Of a stretch of DNA of 32,000 bases, positions 26,788-32,000 are shown in pieces. Source of the stretch: an uncultured Chloroflexia bacterium (lineage in GTDB: Bacteria > Chloroflexota > Anaerolineae > Anaerolineales > Anaerolineaceae). The translations under genes were made by a program, and so were the position numbers. The stretch covers positions 1,140,001 to 1,172,000 of the forward strand of contig OY969938.1 in assembly GCA_963704755.1 (NCBI GenBank), given 5' to 3'. Numbering within the stretch: position 1 is the stretch's first letter; each line of letters opens with the position of its first letter. Below the pieces are notes generated by a model. That model saw only the letters and a program-made list of their open reading frames with translations, made no database searches and was not told where the DNA came from.

Positions 26788-27645
26788 TTAATAATTAGTG
26801 GTGATATCGATCAGGCCTTTTTCGCGCGCTTGAAAATCACAGCGGCGGAAGACAAAGATCGATGCGACCGCAAACACCAGCGACGAGCCGAGCAGGATCA
26901 ACAACATCATGCCGTTGCCGATATTGGTAAAGGTGGGAAAGGCGTCCGCCACGTTACCGACCAGCGAGCGACGGATCAGTTCCAACCAGTAAGTGACCGG
27001 CAGAACGTACCCTACCGGCCGCAAAAAGGACGGCAGTATTTCCAGCGGGAAGATGGCCCCGCTGAACAGGAAAAATCCGCTGGCAATCGCGTCACCGATG
27101 TAATACGAATGTTGGGCCGTCATCAGGGTCACGCCGGCCAGCAGCAGCCCCAAGGTGGCCAGCATCAAGATGCCCAGGATCAAGGTCAGCAGGAACAGAG
27201 GCCAGTTGACCTGCGCCCAGTGGATGGTCACGTGCATGAACCAGACGCCGGCCAACACGGTGATGATCACCCCAAACGAGCCGGTGATAAACTTGGCCAC
27301 CCCGCGCCCAAATAGATAGAAGGGCACGCTCACCGGGGCCACGTACACGTATTTGAGTGTGCGGTAATGCTCGCGGTCCTCGATGATCGTCCAGGAAATG
27401 CCCGAAAGGACGGCCGGGACGTATTGGTAAAAGGCGTTGCCCAGGTACAGGTAAGCAAAAGCGGGTGAATCGAACTTGCCGTTGGTGATAATAGCGTACA
27501 TCACCACCAGGATGGCCGCCCCGGCCAGGGGTTTGACGATCGAGTAGGTTGCAAACAGAAACGGATCGGTCCAGTTGGATTCGATCTGCCAGCCCAGCCA
27601 GGTAGCCGTCAAAAACGAGCGTGAAATAATAGATTTACGCAGCAT
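26788..27645 (-). CDS. ABC-2 type transporter permease
   Basis: 285-aa polytopic protein. ATG lies 3 nt after the stop of the upstream permease. Part of the ATPase-permease-permease operon. Confidence 0.85.
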   Translation of the reverse strand: MLRKSIISRSFLTATWLGWQIESNWTDPFLFATYSIVKPLAGAAILVVMYAIITNGKFDSPAFAYLYLGNAFYQYVPAVLSGISWTIIEDREHYRTLKYVYVAPVSVPFYLFGRGVAKFITGSFGVIITVLAGVWFMHVTIHWAQVNWPLFLLTLILGILMLATLGLLLAGVTLMTAQHSYYIGDAIASGFFLFSGAIFPLEILPSFLRPVGYVLPVTYWLELIRRSLVGNVADAFPTFTNIGNGMMLLILLGSSLVFAVASIFVFRRCDFQAREKGLIDITTNY

Positions 27646-27648
27646 AAA

Positions 27649-28494
27649 TCACCGCCGGTTCTCGGTCAATCGGCCTTCGCGCACGGCCAATCGTTCGATA
27701 TGGGCTAATAATACTCGCGCCCCAAACAGGAAGATTACCGAAAGCGCCACCAGCGCCAGCAGCTCGATGCGCACATCCAGAAAACCCAGAGTCGGGCCGC
27801 TGGCGAACACCAACTGGCGCATGGCGTCCAGTCCCAGCGAGAGCGGGATGAGAGAAGAGGCGGCCGCCGCCCAGAAGCCCAGGTTCTTGATCGGAAAATA
27901 CATCCCCGAGATCAGGTAGATCGGTTCCTGGGCCAGGTTGGCCAGGTGCCAGGCTTCGCGCGAGAGCAGCAAGAAGATCGACGAGCTCATCATCCCCAGC
28001 CCGTACAGCGCCACCATGCTGATAGTGAACACAGCCAGCAGTTCGCCCAGGCTGGCGACAACGTAACTGACATGGAAAAACAGGCTGCCCAACAGGATGA
28101 TGACGACCGCCCGGATCAGCGTAGCCACCAACCCGCCCAGGGCCATGCCGAGCAGGATGGCCATCATCTGTCCCGGCGAGATGATGTACAGGGCCAGGTT
28201 ACCCTGCTCCTTCTCCCAATATAATTGGGTAGACATGCTCCAGAGGATATTCATCCAGAAGGCCGTCATGGCGCCGCCCACGACGACAAAGCCGACGTAA
28301 TCTTCCGGCGCGCCAATGGCCCGGTAGACAAACACATAGGCCGCAACCGACATGACCGGCATGAGGATATCGAAAAACAGCCAGGACCGTTCGCGCTGCA
28401 AGCCAACCATACGCGGATAAGCTCGCCCGATCACTGTACGCATGAACAGGCGCCAGCCGGTGGCTTTATTCTCAAGCGGCGGGAGCATCTGCAT
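27649..28494 (-). CDS. ABC-2 type transporter permease
   Basis: Start moved to MQMLPPLENK (GGAGGAG 7 nt upstream), overlapping the ATPase 3' end by 23 nt. Polytopic membrane protein. Confidence 0.85.
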   Translation of the reverse strand: MQMLPPLENKATGWRLFMRTVIGRAYPRMVGLQRERSWLFFDILMPVMSVAAYVFVYRAIGAPEDYVGFVVVGGAMTAFWMNILWSMSTQLYWEKEQGNLALYIISPGQMMAILLGMALGGLVATLIRAVVIILLGSLFFHVSYVVASLGELLAVFTISMVALYGLGMMSSSIFLLLSREAWHLANLAQEPIYLISGMYFPIKNLGFWAAAASSLIPLSLGLDAMRQLVFASGPTLGFLDVRIELLALVALSVIFLFGARVLLAHIERLAVREGRLTENRR

Positions 28495-29506
28495 TTTCGA
28501 TCTCCTCCATGCGCTGGCCAACCAATTGCACAAAGACGTCTTCCAGGGTGGGCTCACGTTTTTGCAGGCTGAGGATCCGGGCTCCCTGGTGGTTCAACTC
28601 GTTGAGCACTTCGGCCAGCACGGCTTCTTTTTCCAGTTTGACATCCAGGCGAATCGCATCGACCTCAGCGTGCTGGTGGCTGTCGTTCAGGCCATCGATC
28701 CAGGCCAGCGCTTCCTCATCGATAGGCTTCTCAGCCTCGACCCGGATCTGGAACAACGCGTCCGATTGGAGCACTTGCTTCAGGTGGGCCGGCGAATCGC
28801 AAGCCAGGACCACTCCCTGGTTGATAATCGCTACCCGGTCGCACAGGTCGTCTGCTTCGGCCATATAATGGGTGGTCAGCAGCAGGGTGCGGCGGGTGTT
28901 CTCCTCCATCCAGCGGCGGATAAACGCGCGCACGTCCCGCGAGGCGCCCACGTCCAGCCCCAGGGTGGGCTCGTCCAAAAAGATTACCTGCGGATCGGTC
29001 ATGAACCCGCGGATGATGTTCATCTTCTGGCGCAAGCCGGTGGACAGGTCCGAACATTTGGTGTTCTTGCGGTCGGCGATGCCCACAATTTCCATCAGGG
29101 TCTGGATGCGCCGGTTGGCCTCTTTGCTCTCGATCCCGTAGAATTGTGAGAACATCCACAGGTTCTCGCGCACGGTCAGCAAGCCGTAACCGGAAGTCTC
29201 GCCGCCCGAGACCATGTTGATCCGCTTGCGCACTTCCTCCGGCTTGGTCGCCACGTCGATGCCGGCCACGCTGGCCTTGCCGCTGCTTGGCGCCAGCAAG
29301 GTGGTCAGGATCTTGATCAAGGTCGTTTTGCCGGCCCCGTTCGGTCCCAGCAGGCCAAAAAGTTCGCCTTCGTAGACCTCCAGGTTCACATCACTCAAAG
29401 CTTTTAACTCCTTGTAGGCCTCTTTGCGGTTGTTGCGGATCTTATAAATCCTTCCCAGGTGCTCTGTTTTGATGGAAAGGCCGTTCTTGGATAGATTGAT
29501 GTCCAT
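28472..29506 (-). CDS. ABC transporter ATP-binding protein (DrrA-like, with C-terminal extension)
   Basis: Walker A GLLGPNGAGKTT, signature LSTGLRQ, Walker B IFLDEPTLGLD. Confidence 0.95.
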   Translation of the reverse strand: MDINLSKNGLSIKTEHLGRIYKIRNNRKEAYKELKALSDVNLEVYEGELFGLLGPNGAGKTTLIKILTTLLAPSSGKASVAGIDVATKPEEVRKRINMVSGGETSGYGLLTVRENLWMFSQFYGIESKEANRRIQTLMEIVGIADRKNTKCSDLSTGLRQKMNIIRGFMTDPQVIFLDEPTLGLDVGASRDVRAFIRRWMEENTRRTLLLTTHYMAEADDLCDRVAIINQGVVLACDSPAHLKQVLQSDALFQIRVEAEKPIDEEALAWIDGLNDSHQHAEVDAIRLDVKLEKEAVLAEVLNELNHQGARILSLQKREPTLEDVFVQLVGQRMEEIENADAPAA

Positions 29507-29636
29507 ATAACCTCAGATGTTAAGTGGTTGTAAGGCAACCGTAGGGTAAGCGTAGGGAACGCGTCAAGCAATGGAACAAGATTTCTTATATTATTGTAAT
29601 CGAAAAGGGCGACTTCTCTTCTTCTCCTCCTTAAAT

Positions 29637-29667
29637 AGCATGCCTGGGTCGGCGTCCCAGGCATGCT
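29637..29667. repeat. 12-bp-stem hairpin
   Basis: AGCATGCCTGGG tcggcgt CCCAGGCATGCT. Confidence 0.75.
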
Positions 29668-29677
29668 CCAGTTTACT

Positions 29678-29707
29678 AAAAGGTGGCCTGTATGGCCACC
29701 TTTTTTT
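29678..29707. terminator. Canonical bidirectional-type intrinsic terminator
   Basis: AAA AGGTGGCC tgtat GGCCACCT TTTTTT: A tract, 8-bp GC-rich stem, then a T7 tract whose first T closes the stem. Confidence 0.65.
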
Positions 29708-29745
29708 GTTTATCTGTAGCTACACAGCCACTGAAAAGGAACTCT

Positions 29746-29806
29746 GGGGGTGTTATGTTGTTTTTTTGGTGTGTAAAGCACACGAAAAAAACAACATAAC
29801 ACCCCC
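29746..29806. repeat. Long inverted repeat (28-position stem, 1 mismatch; loop TAAAG)
   Basis: GGGGGTGTTATGTTGTTTTTTTGGTGTG taaag CACACGAAAAAAACAACATAACACCCCC. Shares TTTTTTGGTGTG with the hairpin at 2652 and GTTGTTTTT with the hairpin at 31784. Confidence 0.9.
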
Positions 29807-29820
29807 AAATCTTTTAATCT

Positions 29821-29871
29821 GGAAATTGAGGTAGGTGTGGGTGCTATGCACCCACACCTACCTCAATTTCC
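29821..29871. repeat. Perfect 24-bp-stem hairpin (loop TAT)
   Basis: GGAAATTGAGGTAGGTGTGGGTGC tat GCACCCACACCTACCTCAATTTCC. Outer arm GAAATTGAGG is shared with the hairpin at 5487. Confidence 0.9.
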
Positions 29872-29883
29872 ATGTTTAACCTT

Positions 29884-30345
29884 TTATAAATACGTGGAGC
29901 ACGTGATAAAAATATGGGCCGCCGCAAAGATCACGCACGGGATCAGGGCTACGTAGTTCTTCATCCACAGCCCGGCGAAGAAGAAATACAACGGCGGTAT
30001 GGCCGCAATGCCGCCGATCAGCAGCCAGGGCGCGACCACTCCGCGATAGTAGAAGAACCAGGCCACGTAATAGCCCAGCAAGAACAGCCCCGCCAAACCA
30101 AGGAAAAGGCCATTTCCGCGTTGGCCGCCCTTGCGCAGGATCAAGATCAAGACCGCCACGGTCAGGATCCCAAAGGTCCCTTCGACGATGTTCATCAGCG
30201 GGTAGGGCGAACTGTTTTTCGTCAAAACATTATTGGCCGGCGGCGCGACCATCCAGATGATATTGGGCAGTAACTGCAAGGCGTACAACCCAAGCCCAAC
30301 CAGAGAAAACCCCAACACGTAGTTTTTCACTCTTCCCACCCTCAT
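29884..30345 (-). CDS. Small integral membrane protein of unknown function (about 4 TM helices)
   Basis: 153-aa ORF with hydrophobic helices (LGFSLVGLGLYALQLL, GILTVAVLILIL, FLGLAGLFLLGYYVAWFF, LLIGGIAAIPPLYFFFAGL). Start codon uncertain: no clear RBS at the ATG at 30345, and an internal GTG at 30330 is possible. Confidence 0.65.
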   Translation of the reverse strand: MRVGRVKNYVLGFSLVGLGLYALQLLPNIIWMVAPPANNVLTKNSSPYPLMNIVEGTFGILTVAVLILILRKGGQRGNGLFLGLAGLFLLGYYVAWFFYYRGVVAPWLLIGGIAAIPPLYFFFAGLWMKNYVALIPCVIFAAAHIFITCSTYL

Positions 30346-30501
30346 ATATTAAAGTTACATTCGTTCAGGAAAATGCCTATTCGACCGGACCTGAAATTAC
30401 CCTAAATATACGGGAATAAATGGATTCTGTTGCACCCTTTTAGCCGAAAGTTAGGTAACACAAAACCACAAAGAAAAGATTCTAATAATTTCCGTACCTT
30501 A

Positions 30502-31128
30502 TCAATTCTGGTTAGCTTTTAGCCAATTCTGCATGTAAGCAATATATTCGGGTGCTGGCATATCGTTTAGATCTTCGTCTGTAAAGCCATGTGCTTTTCT
30601 ACCATCATAAAAGTCAGATGTAAAATCTGTGAAACGGTACCAGATTTGGGTCGGACTATCAATAGCTTTTGAATGATCGATTTCTACCATCCAATTGCGT
30701 ATGCACCTGACTACATCTTCCGGTTCGTCATTGTGGCATTTAACATCTACACCAGATAAATCGGAAATCGCTTTTTGAAAGTCATAGCGCTGACGCTCTA
30801 ATATCAGCATTTTCTTCTCAATTTTATTGAACCGGGAGTATCCGTAATCGATCCCCAATTCAAAGGGCATATTCATACGAAAGAATTCACCCACCGTTGA
30901 AGAGCTACATCGCGAAAGGTCATGGATGGAATAATCAGTCACCTGTATTAATTTGCATATTTTATCGATACGGTTATCTGCTGAATTCAAATACTCAGAG
31001 GCTATTCGTGGAGAAAACCCTAAATAACAGAGCGTAAAAAGTAAAGGACGTAATAGCCCTTTATATTCCTCATCGAAAGGGCAATTAATAAATACCTGGT
31101 TTTCTTGCTTTTCCCCCTTATTTAGCAA
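30502..31128 (-). CDS. TIR-like (Cap12/PycTIR-style Rossmannoid) domain protein with unique C-terminal region
   Basis: TTG start 5 nt after the upstream stop, the only start upstream of the conserved N-terminus. Ordered motifs are QVFINCPFD, YSIHDLS, RMNMPFELG and KKMLILE...ISDLSGVDVKCH. These recall the RxNVxFELG...PSDLxGV signature of the PF10137-type TIR-like domain (from memory). Gene is visibly AT-rich. Confidence 0.7.
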   Translation of the reverse strand: MLNKGEKQENQVFINCPFDEEYKGLLRPLLFTLCYLGFSPRIASEYLNSADNRIDKICKLIQVTDYSIHDLSRCSSSTVGEFFRMNMPFELGIDYGYSRFNKIEKKMLILERQRYDFQKAISDLSGVDVKCHNDEPEDVVRCIRNWMVEIDHSKAIDSPTQIWYRFTDFTSDFYDGRKAHGFTDEDLNDMPAPEYIAYMQNWLKANQN

Positions 31129-31133
31129 CTAAA

Positions 31134-31367
31134 TCACCGTTGATCTTGAGGAGGGAATGGATCGTTCCCGTAAGAATTTTTACTTTGGATGGTTCCGTCC
31201 CGTTTGTGAATAACCAGTTCCGATTTTTGATTGATACTCACCTGCCGTGCCCAAGCCTCGGCTTCGGTTTTGGTCTCAAAATGTTTCGAAGCCCGGTCAG
31301 AGCCGCCCTTGCGAACATTCCAACCGCCGTTTGGCGCAGGTACTACGTGTTGCGTGGTTTTCTTCAT
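31134..31367 (-). CDS. DUF2188-like small protein
   Basis: 77 aa: MKKTTQHVVPAPNGGWNVRKGGSDRASKHFETKTEAEAWARQVSINQKSELVIHKRDGTIQSKNSY. This matches my memory of the DUF2188 pattern (HV.P...GGW.V...G..RA...F.TK.EA...AR....ELvIH..DG.I). Confidence 0.75.
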   Translation of the reverse strand: MKKTTQHVVPAPNGGWNVRKGGSDRASKHFETKTEAEAWARQVSINQKSELVIHKRDGTIQSKNSYGNDPFPPQDQR

Positions 31368-31373
31368 AAGTTA

Positions 31374-31403
31374 ATTATACTTTAACTTTGTTAACGATAT
31401 CAA
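31374..31403 (-). promoter_or_regulatory. Candidate promoter of the AT-rich two-gene cassette (possibly giving leaderless mRNA)
   Basis: Minus strand reads TTGATA (31403..31398), an 18-nt spacer, TATAAT (31379..31374), then 6 nt (taactt) and the ATG. Such matches can arise by chance in AT-rich DNA. Confidence 0.4.
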
Positions 31404-31611
31404 GTCCTTAAACAGGTCAATCACATCAGAATTTATGTCCAATCGTAAGGGATAGAAGAATGCAATTTTTCAAGAAGTGCCTTTTTTGTCGTTGTGTTTT
31501 TTGGACCCATCGCTTGTGGTCCTCTAAACACAGGCCACCAGGATTGCATGAGCAGGTGAGCGATCTCCCGACTGGCCAGAAATACTGCATTGGTAGCCAT
31601 ATGCACCTTTT

Positions 31612-31725
31612 TGTCATTGCGAGGGAGGTCGTAGGCCGACCGTGGCAATCTCAGGGCTGGCCATTACGGGAGTCTGGGTGTGTTGAGATTGCTTCGTCGA
31701 CAAAATACGCCTCCTCGCAATGACA
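31612..31725. repeat. Fold-back element with CATTGCGAG...CTCGCAATG termini
   Basis: Outer arms are TGTCATTGCGAGG(GAGG) at 31612 and (CCTC)CTCGCAATGACA ending at 31725. Inner arms are GCAATCTCA (31645-31653) and TGAGATTGC (31684-31692). Confidence 0.75.
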
Positions 31726-31783
31726 TTATTGTGGAGGCCTTCTAAAAAAAATTAAAGTAACTGCTCAACTTTCCCGGAGAAAC

Positions 31784-31840
31784 AGGGAATTATTGTTGTT
31801 TTTCGCGTGCTGCGCACGTGAAAAACAACAATAATTCCCT
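31784..31840. repeat. Long inverted repeat (27-bp stem with one G-T; loop TGC)
   Basis: AGGGAATTATTGTTGTTTTTCGCGTGC tgc GCACGTGAAAAACAACAATAATTCCCT. Confidence 0.9.
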
Positions 31841-32000
31841 TCCCCGTAAACTGGCTTGAACAGTACCAAAAAATTTCTTATATCCCTGCTGATTGGACAC
31901 AATTTATGATGCGATTACCCCGATTAAGGAGTTCCTGAATTTGCGGACGTATAATAGGATCATTCGGGTGTCCATCTCAAACGAGAATCAAGCTTTCTCA

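Noticed and set aside
31426-31723. ORFs 31426..31617(-), 31433..31648(-) and 31460..31723(+) as small genes.
   Set aside because: They are mutually overlapping, lack RBSs, have Cys/Trp/His-rich or low-complexity translations, and partly consist of the fold-back repeat. There is no support for coding.
31960-32000. Possible 3' end of a minus-strand gene entering from beyond the window (…RKLDSRLRWTPE-stop at 31960).
   Set aside because: Only 13 codons are visible. That is too short to distinguish from chance.

Overview
This is 32 kb of GC-rich bacterial chromosome, coded almost entirely on the minus strand. The gene content and repeat style suggest a filamentous Chloroflexota-like organism, but that is inference only.

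Contents in order:
- A partial Yip1-like membrane protein (1-996). It is missing from the ORF track because it runs off the window.
- A 1.3 kb non-coding repeat tract (1396-2721).
- An ECF sigma / putative anti-sigma / lipoprotein / LysM block (2735-6849).
- A complete trpEGDCFBA operon (7407-14127) with a near-consensus promoter and a T-box leader carrying a UGG (Trp) specifier.
- A lower-GC segment (14741-16932) with a SipW/Sec11-type signal peptidase fused to a multi-TM C-terminal module, plus a small secreted protein with a SipW-cognate-type signal peptide.
- An adjacent ~1.25 kb TG...CA-ended IS with a DDE transposase (17261-18509).
- Housekeeping genes: histidine phosphatase, YitT, YhhN, era, ogt.
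- A second repeat tract (19388-20060).
- An XRE-HTH/STAND-ATPase/TPR regulator divergent from a cupin.
- An ABC exporter with one ATPase and two ABC-2 permeases.
- An AT-rich two-gene islet (30502-31367) encoding a DUF2188-like protein and a TIR-like (Cap12/PycTIR-style) protein.

The AT-rich islet is my best candidate for an undescribed conflict/defence module. The peptidase/fibre-subunit pair is second.

Nearly every intergenic gap carries an unusually long (21-32 bp stem) near-perfect hairpin, and some hairpins share sequence modules. I recognised no rRNA, tRNA or genuine CRISPR array. All family assignments rest on motif recognition by eye, with no database search.
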